A stretch of DNA of 32,000 nt from Microcystis aeruginosa NIES-2549. GTDB lineage: Bacteria; Cyanobacteriota; Cyanobacteriia; Cyanobacteriales; Microcystaceae. The stretch covers positions 3,540,001 to 3,572,000 of the forward strand of contig NZ_CP011304.1 in assembly GCF_000981785.2 (NCBI RefSeq). Direction: 5' to 3'. Positions within the stretch are counted from its first letter, which is position 1. Each line of letters begins with the position of its first letter. The notes under the pieces were generated by a model. The model saw only the letters and a list, made by a program, of their open reading frames with translations. It did no database searches and had not been told where the DNA came from. Below are positions 24,052-32,000 of this stretch, one piece after another. A program made the translations under genes and the position numbers.

Positions 24052-26381
24052 GAGCGTAAGAAATTAATAAGTTTTTTAAAGCTTACAAGTTTTTTTTCTA
24101 ATTGTTTCCCTTCAATCAAGAAAATGATAATAGGATATATGACGAGCATCAAAAAGAAAAACCCACCTGTCCAAGTAACAAAGAGACTTTTACTAGCAAT
24201 ACCGAAGGATTGGTTTATTTTTGACAAAATAAATTGATTTATTGAAATTGAGAAAACGAAAATGGAAATAAAAAGAAAAGCTAAACTTGCTTTGTGATTC
24301 CATATTTTAATTCTAGGATTTTTGATTATAAAAACAATAGTCATTAATAGAAGAAAAGCAATAAATAAATAAACAAAAATTCTGAGATTGGTTTCTAAGT
24401 TATCTGTTTGAAATAATAAACTTTTAACTTGTTTGGTATAATAATTATCAAAAGGTATCCAGAGAAGTAATCCGATATCACACAACAAAATATATTTGAG
24501 ATACTTATCAATGTTAAATACAGAGTTGTCATTAAAAATATTTTCCGACAAAAAAGCTGTCAATTCAAAAGCACAGAAAAAAATTGCCCAGTAATTGAAC
24601 AAATAAAAAAAGCGACTTATAGAGTAATGCTTTGACCAAAGTTGATGACTATGGGCAATACTCAAAAAAATTCCATTAGCTTCATTATTTTTTTCAGGAC
24701 GCTGAATAATTCCCTTAATAAAAGCTTCGATATATTGTTTATCAAGATTAACTTTCTCTTTTAAATTAATTTCATTTAACCATTGAGGAGGAAGTTGATA
24801 CTTATTAATATTTTTACTGATTAGAATTGCATTTAATTCCTGTATTTCAAGAATAATACTGCTATCGGGTTTAATTTCAAATAAGAATAAAGGATCAGAA
24901 TTTAATTCCGTAAAAATAGCGATTACAGATGTAAATGCAATAAGAGTAGTAATTATCAAAATTATGCCTGTTTTTTTTAGTATTAAGCTAAAAGCTCTAT
25001 AAAGAGAGAATAGTGACAAAGGCAAAAATAATGAGGGATAAACAATGATATGAGGATAAAGCTGTGCATAAAACTGCAAAGTATTAAGACTGCCAAATTC
25101 TCCTAAAATACTTAATGGTAATCCAACTACTATAACCATTAAAATAACTAATAAAATTAATTCAATTTTGGAACTAAAGCGACGTTCTATAAACAAACTA
25201 TCCCAAGTTAAATCAAAGGCTTCTGGATTAGCGACAATAACGGGTAGCCAACTTTTTCCTGATGGTTTAGCTCCCTTATCATATTCCAATAAGAGTTGTT
25301 CACGAGCATAACGCATGGATGCAAATATAGATTTTTCCTTTTCAACAAAAGCCTTTAGCAAATGATTAAGTAATGTACCTGCAAAGAAAGAATCAACTCT
25401 TTCCCGCATTACGATACAGTAAGGAAGATTCAGAGAAGTTAATTGATTGGCTAATCCTAAACCGTCACAGGAGTTAAAAATTGCCAGTTGTAGTTTGTCA
25501 TTAATCAATTTTTGCATCCATTTGGTTAATTCATTAATCTCAATTTCTTTTGTTTGAAGTTTTTGATTATCATCTAGCCAACTAATTTGTAGCCAGCCAA
25601 TTCTACCGTCTGGATTACTATGACTATGACCCGCAAAAAAGAAGATATGCCAACCGGCTGGTTCTTCTAGTGCTTCAATTAATTTTGAGTAATTCGGCTG
25701 GTAAAGTGTCTGAATAAAAGCACCATATTTTTTTAATCGATCAAGAGATTCTTTTTCTTGCTTATATTCATTATTTTCATCTAATTCGTTATCTGCGAAA
25801 ATAGCTAAAATCCGAACTCTTGTATCTAAGCGGTTAATGGTTTGTTTTTGTTCGGGACGTGCGAAATCCGTTGCGCTCACAGATAACTCTGTATTTTTGT
25901 GCAGACGAAATAAAGGATACAAAAATTCCCATTCTTGCCAAGGAAATCCTCTTAATATTCGATCTTCAGTTTGTATAAAAAGTTGAATTTCTTCTTGTGA
26001 ATTTGCGTATTTTTCTAAGGTATTTTGAATTTTTGAGTCAACTTCACCCCTTTCGTTAATCCAACTTTGAGTATCTGTTAACCATTGATTCATTTCTGTT
26101 TTTAAATTTTCAGCCAGTTTCTGTAAACTAATATTACCATCGGTACTTAATAGTTGCTCAGAAAGAGATTTTATTTTAGGTCGTCGGGGAGAGTCTGGAA
26201 TGATGTAATTTTTCCAGATATTAAATGTCTGACTAAGTTGCTCTGGCATAATTGAAAGATAGGAGCTTCTTTCTTCCAAACGTCCTTTAGAGTCAGAGAT
26301 AGTCAAAGTGACGGGTAGAACTGCCATTCGGTTTGGCAATTGAAGACAGGAACCAATTTTAAAATAAATTTTTTTTGACAT
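24048..26381 (-). CDS. CHAT-domain (caspase-like His/Cys) protease fused to a C-terminal ~8-TM membrane domain
   Basis: 'WHIFFFAGHSHSNPDG' places the catalytic His252 codon at 25626-25628. 'LQLAIFNSCDGLGLA' places the Cys305 codon at 25467-25469. The spacing and flanking pattern are typical of CHAT domains. Residues ~400-777 contain about 8 long hydrophobic helices. Confidence 0.7.
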   Translation of the reverse strand: MSKKIYFKIGSCLQLPNRMAVLPVTLTISDSKGRLEERSSYLSIMPEQLSQTFNIWKNYIIPDSPRRPKIKSLSEQLLSTDGNISLQKLAENLKTEMNQWLTDTQSWINERGEVDSKIQNTLEKYANSQEEIQLFIQTEDRILRGFPWQEWEFLYPLFRLHKNTELSVSATDFARPEQKQTINRLDTRVRILAIFADNELDENNEYKQEKESLDRLKKYGAFIQTLYQPNYSKLIEALEEPAGWHIFFFAGHSHSNPDGRIGWLQISWLDDNQKLQTKEIEINELTKWMQKLINDKLQLAIFNSCDGLGLANQLTSLNLPYCIVMRERVDSFFAGTLLNHLLKAFVEKEKSIFASMRYAREQLLLEYDKGAKPSGKSWLPVIVANPEAFDLTWDSLFIERRFSSKIELILLVILMVIVVGLPLSILGEFGSLNTLQFYAQLYPHIIVYPSLFLPLSLFSLYRAFSLILKKTGIILIITTLIAFTSVIAIFTELNSDPLFLFEIKPDSSIILEIQELNAILISKNINKYQLPPQWLNEINLKEKVNLDKQYIEAFIKGIIQRPEKNNEANGIFLSIAHSHQLWSKHYSISRFFYLFNYWAIFFCAFELTAFLSENIFNDNSVFNIDKYLKYILLCDIGLLLWIPFDNYYTKQVKSLLFQTDNLETNLRIFVYLFIAFLLLMTIVFIIKNPRIKIWNHKASLAFLFISIFVFSISINQFILSKINQSFGIASKSLFVTWTGGFFFLMLVIYPIIIFLIEGKQLEKKLVSFKKLINFLRS

Positions 26382-26394
26382 AGCAATCTCTTTT

Positions 26395-27066
26395 CTATCC
26401 TGGAAAGCTTTCTACTATCGTAATTTCATTGAGAGTAAAACTAATTTTAAAAGAATCATTGCTTTTACAAACAAAACTATGTGCTATCGTAAGATCAAGA
26501 ATATTAGTTTGATCATTAGTTCTTTGAGGGGGAAAAAATTCTCCTTCTTCATCGAAAACAGAAACAATTAGGTTTTCAGGCAAATAACCTTTACCATTTT
26601 GAGGTCTAACTTTCAAATAGATGCGAATTTCTTTGTTATTAATTTCGTCAATCGTTAAAATTAATTCGAGTAGATGTTGGTCTAATTCAATTACTTTTTT
26701 TCGACTAATTGATTTCCCAAGTGTTGCCGTTTTAAATCCTTGATTCTCAAGACAATTTTGCCAGAAACTCAATAGGGAAACTATATCACTTTTTATAGAT
26801 TCAATAGTGGTTGATGTTTCTCTAACAGCAGATTCTTGAATCGTTATTGTATTTTTAGATATATCTAAAATTTTAGCGTTTGATTTAGCTTCTTCTAACA
26901 CTATAATTTTTTTTAGACTAAAGGCTTCTAATTCTAAAATAGAAATACCGAGTGCTTTTTCTAATTCTCCAGACTCAAATAGTTCGCATAACCGATCAAA
27001 TATTTGATAATTACCCTTCAGTTGAATTATAGTATTTTGATTTTGTGTGCCAGTCTGATCAGTCAT
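26395..27066 (-). CDS. DUF1822-like protein (short form)
   Basis: The C-terminal block 'IRIYLKVRPQNGKGYLPENLIVSVFDEEGEFFPPQ...FKISFTLNEITIVESF' resembles, from memory, the conserved C-terminal module of cyanobacterial DUF1822 proteins ('..YLP.NL.L.+LDE.GE....V.....+..F.I.+.L.....E.F'). It ends 13 nt upstream of the CHAT gene. Confidence 0.45.
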   Translation of the reverse strand: MTDQTGTQNQNTIIQLKGNYQIFDRLCELFESGELEKALGISILELEAFSLKKIIVLEEAKSNAKILDISKNTITIQESAVRETSTTIESIKSDIVSLLSFWQNCLENQGFKTATLGKSISRKKVIELDQHLLELILTIDEINNKEIRIYLKVRPQNGKGYLPENLIVSVFDEEGEFFPPQRTNDQTNILDLTIAHSFVCKSNDSFKISFTLNEITIVESFPG

Positions 27067-27182
27067 GATTTGCTCCTCAATTTTACCTGTTGAATATTTG
27101 TGAATTTAATGATTTTCAGAAATCATTTATTACTTAGTCTTGAGAAAATAATCCCAATAAATTTAACTAAGATATTATTATC

Positions 27183-27758
27183 TTACCCTATTATTTGTAT
27201 ATTTTCCTCCTTAATATCAACTTTAAGAAGCCTGAATGCTTCAACTATTATGGAATGATTGATTGAATTTTTATCTGTCTTACTCAGCTTAATATTAATC
27301 CCTATCTCTTCATTTTTAACTGAGGGATAAGTATTTTTTCTATAATTCCAAGTGTAGGCTGAGTTAACATGATGCTCAAGGTAGATAGGAACTCGCGCCC
27401 AATCACCTATTTGTTTGCCAGAAGCCAGAAAACTTGTCCATTTGTAAATACTTTTAGACAGGTCTCCTTTAATATTAGTTAAACATAAATAGCTTTCTAT
27501 CTGTTTTACATCATAGCCTTGTAATAGTAAACATAACCAACATTTTTCCTTTGGTTTTAGTGTTTTATTTCCTCTTTGAGCGGACTTCCAGGCTTCATTA
27601 GGAACCTTATCAATAGATTCATACTTATCTTGAAGAATAAGTACACATTTCAGATCCTCAAATAATCTATCTAAATCCCAATCTTTTTTAGTCTGGGGAC
27701 AAAGAGTACAAAACCCCCCTCGACAAAGATCACATTTTTGCGTCTCCATTTTGTTCAT
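27183..27758 (-). CDS. Zn-ribbon plus LuxR/sigma70-region-4-like HTH protein
   Basis: N-terminal 'CDLCRGGFCTLCP' (4 Cys). 'LKPKEKCWLCLLLQGYDVKQIESYL...LSKSIYKW' follows the LuxR/GerE pattern ('LT.RE.EVL.LL.QG.S.KEIA..L.....V..H...IY.KL'). It is the first gene of the minus-strand operon and is divergent from CDS 28037. Confidence 0.45.
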   Translation of the reverse strand: MNKMETQKCDLCRGGFCTLCPQTKKDWDLDRLFEDLKCVLILQDKYESIDKVPNEAWKSAQRGNKTLKPKEKCWLCLLLQGYDVKQIESYLCLTNIKGDLSKSIYKWTSFLASGKQIGDWARVPIYLEHHVNSAYTWNYRKNTYPSVKNEEIGINIKLSKTDKNSINHSIIVEAFRLLKVDIKEENIQIIG

Positions 27759-27928
27759 AAGCTAATTAAGAATTTATCGCAAAGGCTCTCCTGAATATAT
27801 GGTCAAAAACACACTTAGGTCTTTTAACAAGGCTTTAAGCATTAACGAACCATATTCTGCTATACATTTTCGCTACTGAAGTCAGAAAAGCCGTCACAGA
27901 ATCAAATATAACATAACTTTTCTCTCTA

Positions 27929-27975
27929 AAATCTCCAACCTTGGTTGGCAAATACTTAGAGCAGCAGATATTAAA
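27929..27975 (+). promoter_or_regulatory. Conserved 5' element with inverted repeat CCAACC-TT-GGTTGG (copy 2, ~60 nt upstream of CDS 28037, in the divergent intergenic region)
   Basis: 'aaatctccaaccttggttggcaaatacttagag' is near-identical to 20669-20701. Including flanks, similarity extends over 27912-27990. Confidence 0.35.
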
Positions 27976-28036
27976 GTTTTATTAGATTCCTTAATCTAGC
28001 CATAAAGTCTTGCACAACAGTAGCTTAGGAGATAAA

Positions 28037-29350
28037 ATGGGTAGTTCAACACAGACTCTTCTCGTTGGTAGTAGCGTTGTTGCGATTACTGTCACCGCTT
28101 CGACTTTTGCCATCAACAAAGCTCAAGAAACCTTAGCCTATCGCCATGAATATTTTGAAAAGGGACAAATGGCTTATCAATCCGTTAATTGTCCAGAGGC
28201 AACAGCTGATTTTACTCGGGTAGAGGAAACAGCCTCGTTTCCTTTCAATAACTTTGATGGTCTGACAGACCTCGCTCAACGAAAGATGGCAACTTGTTCT
28301 TCGTTTATGACCGCCAATCAGCAAGCAAAACAGGCAGAGCAACAGAAAAATTTATCAAAAGCCTTGTTTAGCCGGTATCTTTTTAATGAGCAACATGATA
28401 AAGATGAGTTAACGCAAGCAATGAGTCGCTCAATCACTGGGTTATTTTCAACCTACGGTGTGGCCAAATTGGCTGGGAGCGAATCTTGTGACGGCTTGGA
28501 CAAATTAATAAATGGTGGAGCAATACCTAATATTCAGGTAAATTTACCTTACTTTCATGATTCTTGTGCAAAATTCTACGATAAACAAGGCCAATCTCCA
28601 CAAGCACTAGCCCAACGTCGCCGTTTCCTTGCTGTTGCACCGAGGCATCCTTTATCTCGAAATGTCCAGATAGCGCTGGTCAAAAACTCGAACATTTGTT
28701 CTCATGCTTCAACATTTCAAGATATTCCTAATATTGCGAAATTGCCAGCTTTGATGCCTGTAGTTTACATAAATTGTTCACAGGCTTACTACAACACAAT
28801 TTCTTATCCTGAATCTAAGTCATTTCTTCAGACTTTACGACAGAATTATCCCAACCATTCTTTTGCAAAAGTCGCCAATAACTGGCTTTTCTCAATTAAC
28901 CAAGAAATTAAAATGGTTAAGTCCGAAATTTACCAGTCTGCCGAAACCATCAAAGCTAAACTCGCATTATGTACAACTACAGGGGTTGTTGGTTTGGGCT
29001 GGGTAATTGATATTTGGGAGTTTACCACTGGAAGGAGCTGCGGTCTCGAAGAACGCCTTGAGGATTGGGAACGTTACGGTGGATTGATTCCTTGGTTTGG
29101 GGAAGCAAAAGGACTTGGTAAGGGAAAAAGGGTGTACGATTTTATTCAGGTTGCCTCCCGTTGGCAAGGTATTGACAAAACGCAATCCGCAGCACAGGAC
29201 GACCAATCTCTCGTTGAATTGCTTAAGGACAAACAAATGATCCTATTATTTGCTCACCATAATCCGAAACTTGCTAAATTGGTAGTACCTCGACTTAATC
29301 AGACCGTTGATACCAGCAAAAAAACTCTATTTTTAGAGTATCTTAAGTAA
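28037..29350 (+). CDS. Membrane-anchored protein with a pre-toxin TG (PT-TG)-like motif and a short C-terminal module
   Basis: The ORF is open from TTG 28010. I prefer ATG 28037 because of the upstream 'taggaga' Shine-Dalgarno. N-terminal TM segment 'LLVGSSVVAITVTASTFAI'. 'VIDIWEFTTGRSCGLEERLEDWERYGGLIPWFGEAKGLGKG' fits the PT-TG pattern (D..E..TG....E.L..WER...liP..G). The PT-TG call was made by eye. Confidence 0.5.
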   Translation: MGSSTQTLLVGSSVVAITVTASTFAINKAQETLAYRHEYFEKGQMAYQSVNCPEATADFTRVEETASFPFNNFDGLTDLAQRKMATCSSFMTANQQAKQAEQQKNLSKALFSRYLFNEQHDKDELTQAMSRSITGLFSTYGVAKLAGSESCDGLDKLINGGAIPNIQVNLPYFHDSCAKFYDKQGQSPQALAQRRRFLAVAPRHPLSRNVQIALVKNSNICSHASTFQDIPNIAKLPALMPVVYINCSQAYYNTISYPESKSFLQTLRQNYPNHSFAKVANNWLFSINQEIKMVKSEIYQSAETIKAKLALCTTTGVVGLGWVIDIWEFTTGRSCGLEERLEDWERYGGLIPWFGEAKGLGKGKRVYDFIQVASRWQGIDKTQSAAQDDQSLVELLKDKQMILLFAHHNPKLAKLVVPRLNQTVDTSKKTLFLEYLK

Positions 29351-29373
29351 CCTATCTCTTTTTTCTCTGACCT

Positions 29374-29949
29374 ATGCTATATACAAAATTGACTTACCCT
29401 TTATTGGCTACTTTTTTACTTTGGGTTTCTATTATCCCAGCAGATATTGTACGCTCTGAAATTCCTGCTCATTTAGAGCGATTGAGAAAGACTAACAAAT
29501 GTCCTAAATGCGATTTACGCGGGGCGGATTTAACTGGCGCAAAGTTAAGTGGGGCTGATCTGTCAGGGGCAAACTTGAGTAATGCTATACTTACGGTAGC
29601 CTCACTGAGTGCGGCAAATTTATCAGGGGCAAATTTGACTAATGCGGACTTAGCAGGGGCAAAACTCGTAACGGCAAACTTATCCGGGGCAAATCTATCA
29701 GGAATGACAAGGGGCCATAAGGGTTCGGGATCTAATGGGGTAAACTTTAGCTATGCTAATTTGACTAATGCCAAATTTGTAGATGCCGACGTAAGTACGT
29801 GTGATTTCCGAGAAGCAAATTTAACTAATACTGATTTTAGAGGTGCAAATTTATGGAGGGCAAATTTAAGTGGTTCTAATACCACAGGTGCCGACTTCCG
29901 AGGAGCCAAATTTGATGATACAATTATGCCTGATGGTAGCCGGAGGTGA
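29374..29949 (+). CDS. Exported pentapeptide-repeat protein, paralog 1
   Basis: Hydrophobic leader, conserved '[21 protein letters not shown]', then A(D/N)LxG pentapeptide runs ('[21 protein letters not shown]...'). It starts 23 nt after the upstream stop. Confidence 0.85.
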   Translation: MLYTKLTYPLLATFLLWVSIIPADIVRSEIPAHLERLRKTNKCPKCDLRGADLTGAKLSGADLSGANLSNAILTVASLSAANLSGANLTNADLAGAKLVTANLSGANLSGMTRGHKGSGSNGVNFSYANLTNAKFVDADVSTCDFREANLTNTDFRGANLWRANLSGSNTTGADFRGAKFDDTIMPDGSRR

Positions 29950-30032
29950 TATCTATAAAATGAAATTCCGTAAAATATGGATTTGAAATCTAAACCCCTA
30001 ACCGATTTCCCGCTTAGTCGAATAGACGAAAA

Positions 30033-30060
30033 TTGTCAACAGTGCTTGGCTTCTTATATA
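30033..30060 (+). promoter_or_regulatory. Putative sigma70-type promoter in the conserved spacer (TTGTCA-16 nt-TATATA)
   Basis: -35 TTGTCA at 30033-30038 and -10 TATATA at 30055-30060, about 45 nt upstream of ATG 30103. An identical copy lies at 30768-30795. Confidence 0.3.
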
Positions 30061-30102
30061 GTTTGAGTTCTCTTTTATCCGAGTTTATTGTTTTTTTGAC
30101 CT

Positions 30103-30684
30103 ATGTTACTTACGAAATTAATTTATCCGTTATTGGCTACTTGTGTAGTGGTCATTGCTATTGCCCCCAACAGCTTGGTCAATGCTGAAATTCCCGCTCA
30201 TTTGGAGCGATTGAAAAAGACCAACAAATGTCCTAAATGCGATTTGCGCGGGGCGGATTTAACTGGCGCAAAGTTAAGTGGGGCTGATCTTTCAGATGCA
30301 AACTTGAGTAATGCCTCACTTAAGGGAGCTTCACTTAGTGGGGCAAATTTATCAGGAGCAAATTTGACTAATGCTGACTTAGGAGGGGCAAAACTGGTAA
30401 CTGCAAACCTATCAGGGGCAAATCTATCAGGAATTAAAAAAAGTCAAAGGGGATGGGAACCGTTCTCCAGTTCGGTAAACTTTAGCTCGGCTAATTTGAC
30501 TAATGCCAAATTTGTAGATGCCGACGTAAGTATGTGTGATTTTCGAGGAGCAAATTTGACTAATGCTGATTTTAGAGGTGCAAATTTATGGAGGGCAAAT
30601 TTAAGTGGTTCTGACACTACAGGTGCCGACTTCCGAGGAGCAAACTTTGATGATACAATTATGCCCGACGGTAGCCGTAAATGA
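30103..30684 (+). CDS. Exported pentapeptide-repeat protein, paralog 2
   Basis: Same architecture as paralog 1 and highly similar in sequence. Confidence 0.85.
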   Translation: MLLTKLIYPLLATCVVVIAIAPNSLVNAEIPAHLERLKKTNKCPKCDLRGADLTGAKLSGADLSDANLSNASLKGASLSGANLSGANLTNADLGGAKLVTANLSGANLSGIKKSQRGWEPFSSSVNFSSANLTNAKFVDADVSMCDFRGANLTNADFRGANLWRANLSGSDTTGADFRGANFDDTIMPDGSRK

Positions 30685-30767
30685 GATTAAAACAACGACA
30701 TTCCGTAAAATATGGATTTGAAATCTAAACCCCTAACCGATTTCCCGCTTAGTCGAATAGACGAAAA

Positions 30768-30795
30768 TTGTCAACAGTGCTTGGCTTCTTATATA
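30768..30795 (+). promoter_or_regulatory. Putative sigma70-type promoter in the conserved spacer (second copy)
   Basis: TTGTCA at 30768-30773, a 16-nt spacer, then TATATA at 30790-30795. It precedes ATG 30838. Confidence 0.3.
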
Positions 30796-30837
30796 GTTTG
30801 AGTTCTTTTTTATCCGAGTTTATTGTTTTTTTGACCT

Positions 30838-31518
30838 ATGTTACTCACGAAATTAATTTATCCGTTATTGGCTACTTGTGTAGTAATCGTTGCTACTGCC
30901 CCCAACAGCTTGGTCAATGCTGCAAATCCTGCTCATTTGGAGCGATTGATAAAGACCAACAAATGCCCCAAATGCGATTTGCGCGGGGCCAAATTATCTT
31001 ATGCTAAGTTGGGCTGGGCTGATCTTTCAGGAGCGAATTTAACTAATGCTTACTTGGGTGGGGCAAACTTAGTCGGTGCGAAGTTAGTCAATGCCGATTT
31101 GCGCGGGGCAGATTTAAGGCATGCAACATCATCTAGAGCTAACTTTTCGGGGGCAAATTTAAGTGATGCACAACTTTCGGACGTAAAACTAAGTTTAGCA
31201 AATCTAACAGGCACAAACTTGAGTAATTCTAATTTGCGTGATGCAACATTAGTCAGTACGAAATTAGTTAATGCTGATTTAAGAGGGGCAGATGTACGGG
31301 ATGCAAATTTCAATTCGGCAGATTTGTCAGGAGCCAAGTTTATAGATGCTGATCTACTGCTTTGTGATTTTCGAGGAGCCAATTTAACCAATGTTGACTT
31401 TCGAGGTGCAAATTTAACTGCTGCAAATTTAAGTGGTTCTGACACTACAGGTGCAGATTTCCGAGGTGCAAAATTTAGAAATACTATCATGCCTGATGGC
31501 AGTCGTAGAGGAGATTGA
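30838..31518 (+). CDS. Exported pentapeptide-repeat protein, paralog 3 (longer repeat core)
   Basis: Same leader and same 'CPKCDLRGA' and C-terminal 'TIMPDGSRR' blocks. About 30 extra residues of pentapeptide repeats. Confidence 0.85.
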   Translation: MLLTKLIYPLLATCVVIVATAPNSLVNAANPAHLERLIKTNKCPKCDLRGAKLSYAKLGWADLSGANLTNAYLGGANLVGAKLVNADLRGADLRHATSSRANFSGANLSDAQLSDVKLSLANLTGTNLSNSNLRDATLVSTKLVNADLRGADVRDANFNSADLSGAKFIDADLLLCDFRGANLTNVDFRGANLTAANLSGSDTTGADFRGAKFRNTIMPDGSRRGD

Positions 31519-31658
31519 AAGGCCGAAATTCCGTAAAATCTGGATTTGGAAATCAAATACCTACCCAATTTTCTGATTAGTCGAATAGACAAAGCAAAGT
31601 CAACAATGCTTCGCTTTTTACATAGTTTGAGTTAGATATTATTGGAGTTTTTTGACCT

Positions 31659-32000
31659 ATGTTATCCACGAAATTAATTTATCCATTATTGGCTGCTTGT
31701 GTAGTGACCGTTGCTATTGTCCAAAACGGTGCTGTAAATTCCGCAAATCCTTCTCATGTGGAACGATTGAAAAAAACCGGAAACTGTCCCAGATGCGATT
31801 TACGTGGGGCAAATTTAAGTAATATTTTCCTCCAGGATGCAGACCTGAGTATGGCAAATCTCACAGGCGCAATCTTAATCAATGCTAATTTTGCCAGCGT
31901 AAAATTAGTCGGCGCAAAGTTAGTCAATGCCGATTTTACGGGAGTCAAAATTCGGGATGCCCTAAATTTTAGTTCGGCAGATTTGACAGGAGCTAAGTTT
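31659..32000 (+). CDS. Exported pentapeptide-repeat protein, paralog 4 (3'-partial, runs off the window)
   Basis: Not in the ORF track because no stop occurs before the window end. My translation from ATG 31659 is [78 protein letters not shown]..., in frame to 32000. Confidence 0.8.
   Translation, partial: MLSTKLIYPLLAACVVTVAIVQNGAVNSANPSHVERLKKTGNCPRCDLRGANLSNIFLQDADLSMANLTGAILINANFASVKLVGAKLVNADFTGVKIRDALNFSSADLTGAKF

Larger units (their letters stand above)
29351..32000 (+). repeat. Tandem array of ~730-820-bp gene-plus-spacer units (at least 4 copies)
   Basis: Unit starts are at 29374, 30103, 30838 and 31659. The spacers 29964-30102 and 30699-30837 are nearly identical ('attccgtaaaatatggatttgaaatctaaacccctaaccgatttcccgcttagtcgaatagacgaaaattgtcaacagtgcttggcttcttatatagtttgagttc'). 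Spacer 31527-31658 is a diverged copy. Confidence 0.9.

Noticed and set aside
28010-28036. TTG 28010 as the start of the PT-TG-like protein
   Set aside because: ATG 28037 is preceded by a 'taggaga' Shine-Dalgarno at suitable spacing. The TTG extension adds only 9 residues with no signal.
31050-31592. 180-aa minus-strand ORF (also 31754-31948 minus and 30768-31007 plus) overlapping the pentapeptide-repeat genes
   Set aside because: The reverse or shifted frames of A(D/N)LxG-encoding repeats stay open by chance because the DNA is low in complexity. Their products are themselves monotonous ('KFAPRKSA...'). The plus-strand pentapeptide genes have leaders, conserved termini and paralogs.
29351-32000. 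Possible CRISPR-like or other regular repeat array
   Set aside because: The period is ~730-820 bp, and each unit is a complete protein-coding paralog plus spacer. No short direct repeats with unique spacers occur anywhere in the window.

Overview
The window appears to be cyanobacterial: HIP1 octamers (GCGATCGC) occur at 771, 1272, 2411 and 20289, among other sites. It has two compositional halves. The left half (1-20040) is GC-rich and interrupted by AT-rich insertion elements. The right half (20040-32000) is strongly AT-rich.

Left to right, the window contains:
1. A translationally coupled operon of unknown function. It encodes a 5'-partial ORF, a HerA/DUF87-like P-loop ATPase, a HlyD-like coiled-coil protein riddled with in-frame repeat elements, and a TolC-like helical protein.
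2. An IS1-family element with an A8 -1 frameshift site.
3. A prlF/yhaV-type toxin-antitoxin pair. The toxin gene is truncated by a 94-bp MITE, and an IS5/IS1182-like IS has inserted at the MITE edge.
4. A three-gene class-1 DISARM-like defence locus: an SNF2 helicase, a 1331-aa Eco57I-type N6-adenine methyltransferase, and a 1781-aa DEAD-helicase/DUF1998 fusion ending in a Vsr/DUF559-like nuclease fold. No PLD gene is present. A 307-bp IS-derived MITE sits between the methylase and the helicase. A roughly 1.25-kb AT-rich cassette lies inside the methylase ORF, directly after the NPPW motif.
5. A second copy of the 94-bp MITE in inverted orientation.
6. Two orphan secreted proteins.
7. A minus-strand four-gene operon: a Zn-ribbon/HTH protein, a DUF1822-like protein, a CHAT (caspase-like) protease fused to a roughly 8-TM domain, and a CPBP/Abi intramembrane protease. 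I consider this the best candidate for an undescribed conflict system.
8. A membrane-anchored protein with a pre-toxin TG (PT-TG)-like motif, followed by at least four tandem, signal-peptide-bearing pentapeptide-repeat paralogs with conserved spacers.

I recognised no rRNA, tRNA or CRISPR array. All family assignments rest on motifs read by eye from the translations. No database search was run.
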